Source: a virus. Taken from it: 64,000 nt of DNA. The notes under the pieces were generated by a model. The model worked only from the letters and a program-made list of their open reading frames with translations, was not told the DNA's origin and ran no database searches. The stretch lies in the IMG/VR virus record IMGVR_UViG_3300029953_000001; one strand, written 5' to 3'. A program made the translations under genes and the position numbers. Shown one piece after another: positions 47,107 through 56,955 of the stretch. Each line of letters begins with the position of its first letter. The first letter of the stretch is position 1.

Positions 47107-50100
47107 TTACCTACCTCTACCTGTAGCTCCAGTGTCTGTTAAGGTTGCAGTTGGAGATAGGTTAGGTGACGGCTTGAACGCATTCTCTCCCCCCGTAGTT
47201 TGGGTGCTGTCTGTAGCATTAGGTGCCGACATACTGACGTAACCAACGTTCTGCGTGTTGTGATTTACTACGTTGATAAGACGCTTAAGATCAGCCGCTG
47301 GCGGAGACGGCGCTGAAACCGCTTTCGCATTAGCCTCCGCGACAGGGTTGTGGGTTGTCGGTAAAAACCCTCCTGTCCCTGAGTCATATTTATACCCCCC
47401 TGATTGTGACTGGAATAAACTGATTTGCTTAGAATCAGACTTGACCCCCCCTGCCATTGAATGCAATGCCCCCTCAAGATACTTCCTTATCGTATCGTCG
47501 GTCTTATCCCCAGTACCAGAGAGAATTCTATCGTTTACGTTATCCCATCGTGTTTTCAACTGCGTAGCTGTTAGCCCGGTTTGGGGGTCTTTCCAGTCCT
47601 TGTTCTTCTCAATAATTTTATCCACCAACTGCTCATCCATCTGAGTTAGGGGGTCGTTCTTAGCTCTTATTGCCGCTGCTTCATCTGCCCCCCCTCCTCC
47701 CCATTTTTTGTTAATGATGTCGAGGATACCCATGATAGGACGACCTAGTTCCGACGTGATAGCACCACGGATGTCCTTCAAGATATCTTCAGTGCTTCGG
47801 GTAGCTTCAGCGATACCGGCGATTTTCTCAGCCTGTGCTGTTGTTGTCTCCAGATGGCGAGATGCAAGAGATTTGTTGACGAGGTTGTTCTTGTCGAGCA
47901 TGTCGGCAAGCTTACCAGAGTCCATACTACTGGATATCCCTTTCACCAGTTTGTCAGGGTCTATTCCTTGAATCTGCTTTAAAGCGAACCCTTTGATGGG
48001 AGTATAACCAGCTTGCTTAAGAAAGTCCGAGTAAAACTTATCTATATCCTCTGACTTCATACCAGCGGTGGCCTCTGGGGACAACCCTTTGCGAATCTCG
48101 TCAACATAAGAAGAGGTTATCTCGTTAATTCCCGCCCTAGTATCCATAGGCTTACCGTCGTAACCGTACACTTTAGAAACCTGTGATACCACAGCGGCGT
48201 TATCCACATTAAGGGACGATGGGTCTTTCAAGAAGGCACCTAATGATGTACCTCCTTTAGAAAGTCCTTGAGACAACGCTTCTATGTTTTGGACAATCTT
48301 CTGAATGGGGTTACTTGTAGTAGCTCCCTGTAAGAACGATGCTCCAATAGGATCACTTGACTTTAGGGCGTCAGCGTTCATTCGAGCAATCTGAGCTTGC
48401 TTCAGAGCGCCACCTAATTGCTCTGTCTTTTGTGTCCCCATATCACCCGTCACGTTACCTCTAAACCGATTCACTGCGGCTTCCATATCCTTCGGTTCAT
48501 TCAAGTCCAACCCGTCTAGAATCTCTTTTCGCTTAGAGGGCATAACCTCTGTGATAGCTTCGTCCAAAGTCTTAGCAAAGTTATCTGATGACTGCTGAGC
48601 GAGTTTGTCCATCGCATCCCCAAAACCACTGCGGCTGGAACCCGACATTCCCATCAGAAGTGCGCTGCGCTGCTCGTCGGTCTTCTCTCCCTTACCAGTG
48701 AGGGATTCAAGATTATCCTTCATCTGTTCCGCTGTATCGGTTCCTGTAGAACCCATGAGACGCAGTACAGTGGTCACTGTGTCAATGGACTTACCCATGT
48801 TGTCAAAATGACTGGATACATCATCAATGAGTTCGAGGTATTTGGTGGTAGAGAAGCCAGCAGCCCGAATATCCTTACCAATGGTCTGGAAGAACTGCTG
48901 AGTACCGGATAGAGTCATCTTGTATTGCTGCATCATCTTGATAGTTTGCTTCGTACCCTCCACGTCAGTCAGACCTATTTCACGTGCCTGCTTGAAAGCG
49001 ATGGTGGCTATGTCGCCCACATCACTTGGTAATTGATTCCCCTTAGTTTGGGTTGCAAGGGAGGCTATACTAAGACCAGACTCATTCATTGTCTGAGCCA
49101 CACTCATCTGTCGTTCAGTGCTGATACCATACCGATTAAGACCCCATGCACGAAGGTTGTTTTTCACATTACCGAGAGCTTCAAGCCCTGTCTGATCCCC
49201 CGTGAAAATACCCCCTTTTCCAAGATTTTTCTCATACTCCTTGTTTTGGTTGGCAACAGCGTCGAATGTATCCTTGAGAGCAATCGCAGCAGCCGCAGCA
49301 ATCCCTACAGACCCGCCTAACATTTTAGCCTCCATACCCCCTACCCCACCTTCGGCTGCACCTATGGCACCTTCTACGGCTGAACCCCCGCCAGCCCCCA
49401 CCATATCCCACCCCTTACTGGCAAGTCTACCCGTACCCCCCAACATACGGTTGACGAGGAACTTATCTATACGGGAGCCTTCAGGACCAACAAATTCATC
49501 GGTGGCCATATTACGAGCCGCTTTGTGAGCAGAAAGTTTGACAGGGTCAATCTGCCCGTCAGTCCCAATAAGTTCAGGGTATTGCTTAGCAACCTTCCGC
49601 GTCACCGCATCCACCTTTGCTGCAAAGGTGGCTTTGTTATTTTGGGTTTTCTCTTCTCTAGCTCTCTTGACATCATGGGCAGCTTGAGCGGTTGCGACCA
49701 CCTTGTTCATACGCCCATTCGATTTTCCGAGAGCACCATTCAGTGACAAAATCGCCTTATGTATACCTCCGAGTTTGACGTTACCTACACTTCTCGCAAA
49801 CTGGTCAAAGCTACCATTAATCGCGTCCGCCGACTTCTTAATCTCACCAAGAAGTTGGAGGTTGCCTTTGAGAGGCTTATTCATGTCGCCTGTTTTATCG
49901 CTGAGCTTGGTTATGGATTGTTCACACTCGTGGATAGTCCTGCGGAGAAAGACCATCTGGGCGGCGTTAGTTTTGCCGTTCTTAACTATATCCTCACTCA
50001 CAGTTTTCATTTTCTTGAAGTGTTCCACGGCTTGCCCATACGTCTTACTGCCAAGACTACTATTCAACCCCTTGGCTAAGGAAGCTACCTCCTTCATCGT

Positions 50101-50313
50101 GGTGGCTATATCATCAATATAGTTGACCGCTCCTCTGAGGTTACCCTCCATGTCCCCTGTGTTCTTCTCCACATCCCCTGATGTCTTGACAAGCTCCTGC
50201 ATTCCTGCTGCAAACCCCTGAATCGCGGCTGATAGGATACTTACATCGCCGCGTAGAGCGTCCACCGAGTCTTGAAAACCGGGGGGCACAGCGCCTTGGG
50301 GAGGAACCGCCAT
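47107..50313 (-). CDS. putative tape measure protein (1068 aa)
   Basis: Largely alpha-helical, Lys/Gln/Ala/Leu-rich. Central Gly-rich hydrophobic tract MLGGTGRLASKGWDMVGAGGGSAVEGAIGAAEGGVGGMEAKMLGGSVGIAAAAAIALKD. Position between small upstream ORFs and tail proteins. Confidence 0.55.
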   Translation of the reverse strand: MAVPPQGAVPPGFQDSVDALRGDVSILSAAIQGFAAGMQELVKTSGDVEKNTGDMEGNLRGAVNYIDDIATTMKEVASLAKGLNSSLGSKTYGQAVEHFKKMKTVSEDIVKNGKTNAAQMVFLRRTIHECEQSITKLSDKTGDMNKPLKGNLQLLGEIKKSADAINGSFDQFARSVGNVKLGGIHKAILSLNGALGKSNGRMNKVVATAQAAHDVKRAREEKTQNNKATFAAKVDAVTRKVAKQYPELIGTDGQIDPVKLSAHKAARNMATDEFVGPEGSRIDKFLVNRMLGGTGRLASKGWDMVGAGGGSAVEGAIGAAEGGVGGMEAKMLGGSVGIAAAAAIALKDTFDAVANQNKEYEKNLGKGGIFTGDQTGLEALGNVKNNLRAWGLNRYGISTERQMSVAQTMNESGLSIASLATQTKGNQLPSDVGDIATIAFKQAREIGLTDVEGTKQTIKMMQQYKMTLSGTQQFFQTIGKDIRAAGFSTTKYLELIDDVSSHFDNMGKSIDTVTTVLRLMGSTGTDTAEQMKDNLESLTGKGEKTDEQRSALLMGMSGSSRSGFGDAMDKLAQQSSDNFAKTLDEAITEVMPSKRKEILDGLDLNEPKDMEAAVNRFRGNVTGDMGTQKTEQLGGALKQAQIARMNADALKSSDPIGASFLQGATTSNPIQKIVQNIEALSQGLSKGGTSLGAFLKDPSSLNVDNAAVVSQVSKVYGYDGKPMDTRAGINEITSSYVDEIRKGLSPEATAGMKSEDIDKFYSDFLKQAGYTPIKGFALKQIQGIDPDKLVKGISSSMDSGKLADMLDKNNLVNKSLASRHLETTTAQAEKIAGIAEATRSTEDILKDIRGAITSELGRPIMGILDIINKKWGGGGADEAAAIRAKNDPLTQMDEQLVDKIIEKNKDWKDPQTGLTATQLKTRWDNVNDRILSGTGDKTDDTIRKYLEGALHSMAGGVKSDSKQISLFQSQSGGYKYDSGTGGFLPTTHNPVAEANAKAVSAPSPPAADLKRLINVVNHNTQNVGYVSMSAPNATDSTQTTGGENAFKPSPNLSPTATLTDTGATGRGR

Positions 50314-50996
50314 TAGTTATCTTCCTTTTCAAGATCAAGCATCTGCTGCATAGAATCTACGATGATGTCCTTGTTGGAGTCCTCAATTTCCTTGAGTACA
50401 TTTTCCATGAAGCGACGTTCTACATCGGTCATCAAGGTAGAATCAGGAAACTCAGATTGATACCGCTTTTCGATTTTGTCGGAGTGAACCATGGCAATCT
50501 TCCATAGGGTCATAACTAACTCCTGACCCCAACCCATGATAATATTACGAAGCACAATCTGAATGTCACGAAACATCCCATCCGCATCCTTGATGGGAGT
50601 TCCCTTGCTGCGAAGTGTGCGGATGTCTACTCCATCGATCCACGAAATAGAGTGGGATAAAATTTCAACGCGAATGCGTTGAACCCATGCGTAACCCTTA
50701 TACTCTTCCGCCGCGATGAGCGCCCTGATTTCCTCGTCAGTGGGCATGTTAGTAATCCGAAGCCGGATAGTCCTGCCATTACTACTTCGGAATGTCAATA
50801 TCTCCTCGTTCTCCTCAATGCCGAAACCCCGTAGACCTGCAATAATGTCTTCAATGGTTGCTGGAGCGGACGTCGCTTCAGCCGTGGGTGTAGGTGTTTC
50901 AGGTAGATTCAAGGAGCCCCCATCTGAGGGGACATTAGGAGTATCTGGGGTGTCAATACGTTCTGGAGGGAGTTTATAAATAGTGGTATCTTGCAT
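50313..50996 (-). CDS. hypothetical protein upstream of tape measure gene, possible tail assembly chaperone (227 aa)
   Basis: Start/stop overlap with the putative tape measure gene; Pro/Thr-rich N-terminus. Confidence 0.45.
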   Translation of the reverse strand: MQDTTIYKLPPERIDTPDTPNVPSDGGSLNLPETPTPTAEATSAPATIEDIIAGLRGFGIEENEEILTFRSSNGRTIRLRITNMPTDEEIRALIAAEEYKGYAWVQRIRVEILSHSISWIDGVDIRTLRSKGTPIKDADGMFRDIQIVLRNIIMGWGQELVMTLWKIAMVHSDKIEKRYQSEFPDSTLMTDVERRFMENVLKEIEDSNKDIIVDSMQQMLDLEKEDN

Positions 50997-51040
50997 AAGT
51001 CCTTTGTTTTCCTAAAGGTAGATTTTTATTTCAAACTGTG

Positions 51041-51069
51041 GTTCAGTTCTATGATGCTATTGGTATACT
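51041..51069 (+). promoter_or_regulatory. promoter GTTCA-N12-TATTGGTATACTGTGC, second copy; TATACT ends 7 nt before ATG 51076 (leaderless transcript predicted)
   Basis: Exact 16-nt identity with 28838..28853. -10 hexamer 51064..51069. First ATG at 51076. Confidence 0.6.
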
Positions 51070-51075
51070 GTGCAT

Positions 51076-51675
51076 ATGACTATCGAAGAAAAGGCATTAG
51101 AAGGCATATCAATCGCGACTGCCCCCCTTCGTTGGGCAATGGATTTGCTGAAACTCATTTTCCTGTTCTGTTTTTTCGCGGTCATTGTCATCAGCTATCC
51201 TCTATACCTCTATTTCAGCGGCGACCCTGTAAGTGCTAATTCCTTGATATATTCAGGGCTAGTAACTCTACTTATTTTCACCATGATTTATACCCCCGGA
51301 TACATGGTTTTCTTGGTGATCCTGTCCTTTGTTTTCTATGGCTGGTGTGGCTCCTATAATGAGGGGAATAATGTTGTCTGTGACTTCATGGTACGGGGTT
51401 GGAACTTCGAGATTGTCACCCTCATAAGCTTATTGATAGGTATTGCACAGAGGTTTATTTTTAAAAGCCCTGCTGAACCTAGGGATACTCGTCCTCCTGC
51501 GGTACGTTTAGCTGAATGCATGAACCGGAGAAGAGAAGGTCTGGTTCTTACCGAAATGCTGAACATGGGACCTGAGCAACTCAAAGCGATGAAGACCCTT
51601 TACGGAGAAAACCCCCTTATGTGGCCTCTCGACTCGCTAGGACAGGGTGACTGGCGTCCCTACCGGAAGGGTTAG
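51076..51675 (+). CDS. integral membrane protein (about 199 aa, 4 predicted TM helices), opposite-strand moron inside tail operon
   Basis: Track ORF 51070..51675 begins at GTG that abuts the -10; ATG 51076 preferred. Hydrophobic stretches LLKLIFLFCFFAVIVISYPLYLYF, LVTLLIFTMIYTPGYMVFLVILSFVFY, IVTLISLLIGIA. Confidence 0.65.
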   Translation: MTIEEKALEGISIATAPLRWAMDLLKLIFLFCFFAVIVISYPLYLYFSGDPVSANSLIYSGLVTLLIFTMIYTPGYMVFLVILSFVFYGWCGSYNEGNNVVCDFMVRGWNFEIVTLISLLIGIAQRFIFKSPAEPRDTRPPAVRLAECMNRRREGLVLTEMLNMGPEQLKAMKTLYGENPLMWPLDSLGQGDWRPYRKG

Positions 51676-51729
51676 TCTTGTCTCATAATAGTCCTCCTAA
51701 CTTGAAGTTCCCAGTTGATAAACGTGAAA

Positions 51730-52809
51730 TCACTTGTAGCGTTTCATCATCTCAACAGGGTCTTTCTCCACTTCCAATTTGTTACGGTTAATCGGCTTGG
51801 GTCGTACTCTACCTTTCTTCAGGTCATATTCCCGCCGACGAATTTCTTCTTCTGATTGAATCCAAACAACCTTCTCTTCATTTATACCTAGCTCACGAGC
51901 CGGGATGGTTAGAGCGTGCTTTTGTTTCTCCGCTGCATCTATCTGCTGTTTCTCAAATGCTGCCATAACTTGTTCATGTCGGTCGCCAGCCATCATCCCA
52001 TGAAGCTCCTTAAGCATACCTTCGCGGGTTTCCATATTTTCAGGGTGAGCCCAACCGTCGTCTAACTCCCTGCTAGGACGGAACTTTACAACGTTCTCCC
52101 ATAAATAAAGGCTGTCAGTTGCCAGTTGCTTACTAAGAACCTTAAGGTCGTTTGCCAGTGGGTCTACACTCTTACCAGCCATAGGGCGGACTTGCAGCAC
52201 CGCGTTCCAGTTAGCATCCAAACGCACCTTCGCTTGTTCCCGGTAGACGCAGAGGGTTGCCCACAACCGGGCGTGCTCCGAGGGGGTGATAATCTTCATC
52301 ACCGCACCATCAGGCATCTCTATCTCCCTGTTTTCAAATGAGGTTAGTTGGGTTCCGTGCCCATGCCATAGGTTCTCTGACGCCATGGTGGTGGTGAAGG
52401 CACTGAGATAGGGGAAGAGGGACACATCGTACTCCGTCATTTTCTGAACCAGATGCACCATGTTGTGCATTTCGAGAGCGGAGAATTCCTCAATCTCCTC
52501 TCGTTTCAGGGAGGTAGCCAACGTGAGCGTAGAGATGAGGAAGTCATTCGGGTTATGAACCCATCGAGATAGACGCTTGCGTTCGGTGTTGTGAAACCCC
52601 CTAACCCATCCAATCCTTTGCTCATCCACCATTAGAGGTCGAATGCGTGCCCCAATCTCAATTAGCTCATCACAGTTATCCGTGATGATATGCTTGACGG
52701 CATCTAGGTGCTCATTTGGAGCTTTCTGGATAGACCCCTCATTAATTTGGCGCAGAAGGTCTACACCAGATGGGACCTCTCGCTTGGTTGATGCTCTAAG
52801 CTTGGTCAT
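51730..52809 (-). CDS. hypothetical protein (359 aa)
   Basis: ORF overlapping the upstream 174 aa gene by 4 nt. Confidence 0.6.
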   Translation of the reverse strand: MTKLRASTKREVPSGVDLLRQINEGSIQKAPNEHLDAVKHIITDNCDELIEIGARIRPLMVDEQRIGWVRGFHNTERKRLSRWVHNPNDFLISTLTLATSLKREEIEEFSALEMHNMVHLVQKMTEYDVSLFPYLSAFTTTMASENLWHGHGTQLTSFENREIEMPDGAVMKIITPSEHARLWATLCVYREQAKVRLDANWNAVLQVRPMAGKSVDPLANDLKVLSKQLATDSLYLWENVVKFRPSRELDDGWAHPENMETREGMLKELHGMMAGDRHEQVMAAFEKQQIDAAEKQKHALTIPARELGINEEKVVWIQSEEEIRRREYDLKKGRVRPKPINRNKLEVEKDPVEMMKRYK

Positions 52810-53330
52810 ATCCCATCTTCCCCATCGTTGGTTGCAATGATGGCACCACGGTAACCCCCTTCCTTACGCTGGGCTCCTGCGAGAATTTTCTGTTCAAGTT
52901 CCCGCGTCTCCTTCAATTGCTGAGAGCCAAACTTAGACTCCGCCGACCGGATATTCCGGTCATGATCTGACTCGTCCTTCTCCATATCGTCACTCAGCTT
53001 CTTGATATAACTCAGCGGTTCAGGGGCTACATATAGTTGAGATGAGGTAAAGTACCGGGCCGGGGGAAACGTACCCTTCCAGATACGGAAGACCCGCTCC
53101 ACAATTGCCATAGGTACAGCTTCCATCACCTTAATTGCCTCATCTAAGGTCTTCGGTTGGATTCCTGACACCTCTAAAAGGGCATGAGCCAGTATTATGC
53201 GTTGTGGGGTTGACTTGGGTGGAAACTTTATGGCGAACTCCTGCCGCCACCGCAGTCGCTTGAACTGGAAGGTATACTTCAGAAGCTTGACTTCTACTTG
53301 TTCGACCTGTGTCATACACCCCGTGAGCAA
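52806..53330 (-). CDS. hypothetical protein (174 aa)
   Basis: First minus-strand gene after the divergent region 53331..53553. Confidence 0.55.
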   Translation of the reverse strand: MLTGCMTQVEQVEVKLLKYTFQFKRLRWRQEFAIKFPPKSTPQRIILAHALLEVSGIQPKTLDEAIKVMEAVPMAIVERVFRIWKGTFPPARYFTSSQLYVAPEPLSYIKKLSDDMEKDESDHDRNIRSAESKFGSQQLKETRELEQKILAGAQRKEGGYRGAIIATNDGEDGI

Positions 53331-53440
53331 AAGCCCGTTTACTGAGAATCACCGGCAGACAGACCTCCGTACTTATCTAATACGCCGGAAATTACGTGCA
53401 GGGGGTATTAGTCTGCATCTGGGAAACGTACACCCAGCGA

Positions 53441-53469
53441 AACAACTAATGGTAGGAGGTTACCCCATC
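53441..53469. promoter_or_regulatory. perfect 10-bp inverted repeat GGTAGGAGGT-N9-ACCTCCTACC in divergent promoter region (candidate operator)
   Basis: Read directly from the sequence. Lies between divergently transcribed genes 53330(-) and 53554(+). Confidence 0.5.
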
Positions 53470-53553
53470 ACCTCCTACCCCTTTTCTAATGGTGGGGAGA
53501 AAGAATGGGGATGCACATTTTCACCCAAATATCTATTCCATGTATGGTGACCA

Positions 53554-55098
53554 ATGGATGACATCGGTCACTTAGTTAAAGCCCTCATACGTGAAAATCC
53601 CTATGACCTGCTCATGGCGAACCGTAAGTATCTAGCGTTCGCCAACGAAGCACTGGTCGATGACCATCTCACCAAGGCGCTTGAAGCTGTAATCCTCTAC
53701 TCAACTGAATATGGTCGATGCCCTGAGAATATAACCTCAGTCATTGAGTATCTCGTTCGCAACGCGAAGCAGAACTCCGCATACGAGAAGACCGATGGGT
53801 ATAGGCTCCAACTCGAAGAGATTCAGGACGACACCGACGAAAAGGAGCTTGGGGCCTCCGGTCTGATTGAGGATGTGTACCAGAAGGCATACACTTCCAA
53901 GCTAACAAAAATATACAGTCAGGCATCGAAGATAACTCTTGGTAGTTTCGCGTGTCCCTACACTAAGGAACGTGGACCTGTGGCCGCGAAGAATTACATT
54001 CGTGAGGAAGAGTCTCGGCTCGTGATAAAGAAGCCACCACAAATGGGGGGGGAACTTCGCGAGAACATGTCCCACATGAAGGAATACGTCAATAGCTTCA
54101 TGATTGGTGATACCCGACGTGTGCTCACTGGCATCAAGGCTATTGACGAGAAGACCCTCATCGGACGAAGACAGGCCAATCGCTGGATTGGCATCCTTGG
54201 TTACACTCATCATGGCAAGTCACTCCTGCTGAACACACTGTTGTACAACATGGTTTGCAATGGGGCTAACGTATTGCTGTGCCCTCGTGAAAGTAGTGTT
54301 GAAAATGCGTTCATGCAGTTCATCTGGTTGCACCATAACAAGGTGTGCCCGGATGCTCCTATCGTGAGTCGTGCTGACTGGATGCGGAATGGTAACTCCA
54401 ACACGTTCGAATCTTTCAACACAATGCAAATCATCATGAAAGACCTTGCAGAAGGGACTACCCTGCCCGGTAAGCTCGTGGTTGAGGGTTGCCGGAGTTG
54501 GGAAGAACTCAAGGATAAGGCGAAGGAGACTAATAAGAAGTTTGACTACGATGTGCTTGCCATCGACTACTTCGGTCACCTTGATACCAGCGGTGGGAAT
54601 AAAAAGGAAAGCGACATGGAGAAGTACAAGAAAGACCTCCGTGACGCTCAAATGCTGTCTCTCGATGGACTTGAAGGTGACAAGAGTGGACTCGTCATCA
54701 TCACCCCGTTACAAGCGAATAAGAAGGGACACGATGAAGCCGCCAAGCGTGAGGGTGACAACTTTGGCATCTACGAGAGTCTGGGTGCCGTCGAGTGGTT
54801 TACTCAAGCGGCCCAAGACATGGACTGCATTATGTCCGTGTGGATGGAAGGTGACCAATATGAGAATGGTGATAGCAAGAGGATGTTGGTCAACTGCATG
54901 AAGGGTCGCAACGACATGATTTTCAACCGAACGGTACTAACCGTCAACCCGAAGACTGGGCTGCTATATGACGACGTAGGGGGCGTGGCTGTGAAGTTAG
55001 ACCGCGACCGCAACATGAATGACAGCCTGTCGCTCGAAGACATTGAGCAGTCGCTCAACACAACGGTGTCAATTGACTCCGAGAATTGGAGTAGGTAA
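53554..55098 (+). CDS. DnaB-family replicative helicase (514 aa)
   Basis: Walker A GILGYTHHGKSLLL. DnaB-specific Walker B context DVLAIDYFGHLD (cf. hhhIDYLQL). Downstream ITPLQANKKG. N-terminal helical domain. Confidence 0.8.
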   Translation: MDDIGHLVKALIRENPYDLLMANRKYLAFANEALVDDHLTKALEAVILYSTEYGRCPENITSVIEYLVRNAKQNSAYEKTDGYRLQLEEIQDDTDEKELGASGLIEDVYQKAYTSKLTKIYSQASKITLGSFACPYTKERGPVAAKNYIREEESRLVIKKPPQMGGELRENMSHMKEYVNSFMIGDTRRVLTGIKAIDEKTLIGRRQANRWIGILGYTHHGKSLLLNTLLYNMVCNGANVLLCPRESSVENAFMQFIWLHHNKVCPDAPIVSRADWMRNGNSNTFESFNTMQIIMKDLAEGTTLPGKLVVEGCRSWEELKDKAKETNKKFDYDVLAIDYFGHLDTSGGNKKESDMEKYKKDLRDAQMLSLDGLEGDKSGLVIITPLQANKKGHDEAAKREGDNFGIYESLGAVEWFTQAAQDMDCIMSVWMEGDQYENGDSKRMLVNCMKGRNDMIFNRTVLTVNPKTGLLYDDVGGVAVKLDRDRNMNDSLSLEDIEQSLNTTVSIDSENWSR

Positions 55099-55099
55099 A

Positions 55100-56158
55100 G
55101 TGGCAAACGATAAGGGCTTCTACCGTCGTCGGAGAGGCATATATGAACACATGGAAGTAGGAGCACTAGGGTGGCTTGACGTTGCCATTCACGACTGGCT
55201 GTGTGGTAACGCACGAGCCATTATGAATAGTGGAAAATGCCCTGCGGGTGTGTGGATTGGTTCCGTCACCATGATGTGGGACAGGGCCGGTCGCGACCCC
55301 GATGTACCCCTTCGCAAGCTTCAGAGGCATGTTTTGAAGTTGGAAAAACAGGGCTACTTCAAGCGATTTGCTATCAACAAAACCACCCATGCATACGTAA
55401 TTGACAAGCTAATTGTGCAGGACTTGACGCGAACTGACTACGTGGTAAACGCAAAAGAAACAACAGATTGGCGTCACCCAAAATATGACGTTGACGTTGA
55501 AGTGACGTCCAATCGACGTACAGATGACGTTGACGTGACGTTCAAGCGACGTACAGATGACGTACAGCCATGCTCCATTAATGAGAAGGAAGAGAAGGAA
55601 GATACGTTAGAGACGAGCGAAACGGACGAAACGGGGGGTAAGCCTAGCTTACCTGTCGCCGTCCCTAAAGCCCCTGTTCAGACCAAACTTAAGACCGTTG
55701 GAGACATGCCTGATTCATACTTTGAGTCGGAGCCCGATATGTCTGGGTGGTCTTCGACTAAGAAGCAAGCGTGGTACACCGAAAAGAACCGTCGTGCGGA
55801 GAGAGTTAAGTTCGTATTAGCGAATTCTTCTGTAGATGAGTCCGACGAGGAAAACGAAGGGGGTTATGCCGGTCTGGATGACATTCGTGATTGGCATGAG
55901 ACTAAGTTTGGAGTATCCGGTGAGCGTTTGCGTAACTGCATTATTTATCATTTGGACTACTCCGACCGGGAATATTTCCGTAAGGAACCTATCACCCCCG
56001 CTTCTATGAACCGTATCAAGTTCGTCAACCTGCTCAACGAGAATACGCCTATCGGCTGGACTCCTGAGAAGCACAGGACCTACAAGCGTAGACCTAAGGT
56101 GGAAGTGCCCTCAGCCCCTGCTGAACCCTCGAAGTACCAGCCTAAGGAAATCATATGA
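55100..56158 (+). CDS. putative replication initiator (about 353 aa from GTG 55100; track ORF 55019..56158) carrying internal iterons
   Basis: GTG with GGAG RBS immediately after helicase stop. Basic N-terminal domain, acidic linker. GACGT-rich direct repeats inside the coding sequence (55485..55565). Located between helicase and loader, as lambda O is relative to P. Confidence 0.5.
   Translation: MANDKGFYRRRRGIYEHMEVGALGWLDVAIHDWLCGNARAIMNSGKCPAGVWIGSVTMMWDRAGRDPDVPLRKLQRHVLKLEKQGYFKRFAINKTTHAYVIDKLIVQDLTRTDYVVNAKETTDWRHPKYDVDVEVTSNRRTDDVDVTFKRRTDDVQPCSINEKEEKEDTLETSETDETGGKPSLPVAVPKAPVQTKLKTVGDMPDSYFESEPDMSGWSSTKKQAWYTEKNRRAERVKFVLANSSVDESDEENEGGYAGLDDIRDWHETKFGVSGERLRNCIIYHLDYSDREYFRKEPITPASMNRIKFVNLLNENTPIGWTPEKHRTYKRRPKVEVPSAPAEPSKYQPKEII
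55485..55565. repeat. iteron-like cluster: 9 GACGT cores including 2 copies of CGACGTACAGATGACGT spaced 33 bp apart (candidate origin)
   Basis: ATATGACGTTGACGTTGAAGTGACGTCCAATCGACGTACAGATGACGTTGACGTGACGTTCAAGCGACGTACAGATGACGTACAGCC read directly. Confidence 0.6.
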
Positions 56159-56955
56159 TTGACAAGACCCACTGGAAAGCTCACGTCCACGACGCTGTTA
56201 TGTTTGGCGACCATATCTGCCCTCTCTGTGACGGGGTAGGTATGGTCGCAATCGACAAGGATGACTTCCCCTGCGACTGCATCGAACTGAAGTGGAAGAA
56301 GAAGCGGATTGAATCAATTCTCCCCCTCCGCTATCAGCGGTGCAATCTCTACACGATACAACCCTCAACCAACAGCAAGCTCCCCCTTGAACGTCAGAGG
56401 TCTCTTATCGAACATCTCTCCAAAGTGGAGAACAGGAATAAGGGTTACTTCCTGTATGGTGAGCCGGGTACCTCGAAGACTACTCTTGCTGCTGCTCTGG
56501 TGCGTAATGCTATCGAGCGTGATTGGGATACATGGTTCTACAAGAACGGAGTTTACCAGAAGTGGGACAGGTCTCTCTGGATTCGCTACGTCAACTGGGA
56601 TAACCTTATCGGTCAATACCTCGCCTACCAGAACGACCGGGAGGCTCCACCACCTACGGTAACCGCCCAGTTGATTCAGGACGCGGCAGCAGAAGGTAGG
56701 CGTCCTGTGCTCTGTATCGAAGAGTTGGACAAGTCCAAGCTGACTCAGTACAAGGCCAACAAGCTGTTCGACCTTGTACAAGCGATGGACGCTGCGATGG
56801 GGCAACTCATCATCACGACGAACTACCGCACCATGGAAGAGTTCGAAGCGTTCCTGTACAAGACCGACGACGAGACCATTAACCTCACCGGGGAGCCGGT
56901 GTGGCGTCGGATTATGGATAACTGTTCCTTTATCCCGTTCGAAATACCTAAGTGA
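56155..56955 (+). CDS. DnaC/IstB-like AAA+ helicase loader with N-terminal Cys4 zinc motif (266 aa)
   Basis: CPLCDG...CDC zinc cluster. Walker A GEPGTSKTT. Walker B VLCIEELD. Sensor ITTN. Confidence 0.75.
   Translation: MIDKTHWKAHVHDAVMFGDHICPLCDGVGMVAIDKDDFPCDCIELKWKKKRIESILPLRYQRCNLYTIQPSTNSKLPLERQRSLIEHLSKVENRNKGYFLYGEPGTSKTTLAAALVRNAIERDWDTWFYKNGVYQKWDRSLWIRYVNWDNLIGQYLAYQNDREAPPPTVTAQLIQDAAAEGRRPVLCIEELDKSKLTQYKANKLFDLVQAMDAAMGQLIITTNYRTMEEFEAFLYKTDDETINLTGEPVWRRIMDNCSFIPFEIPK

Noticed and set aside
47107-50313. Alternative identity of the 1068 aa helical protein as an internal virion protein, lytic transglycosylase carrier or virion RNA polymerase
   Set aside because: No transglycosylase, peptidase or polymerase motifs seen; the Gly-rich hydrophobic segment and position ahead of large tail genes favour a tape measure protein. 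Still only moderate confidence.
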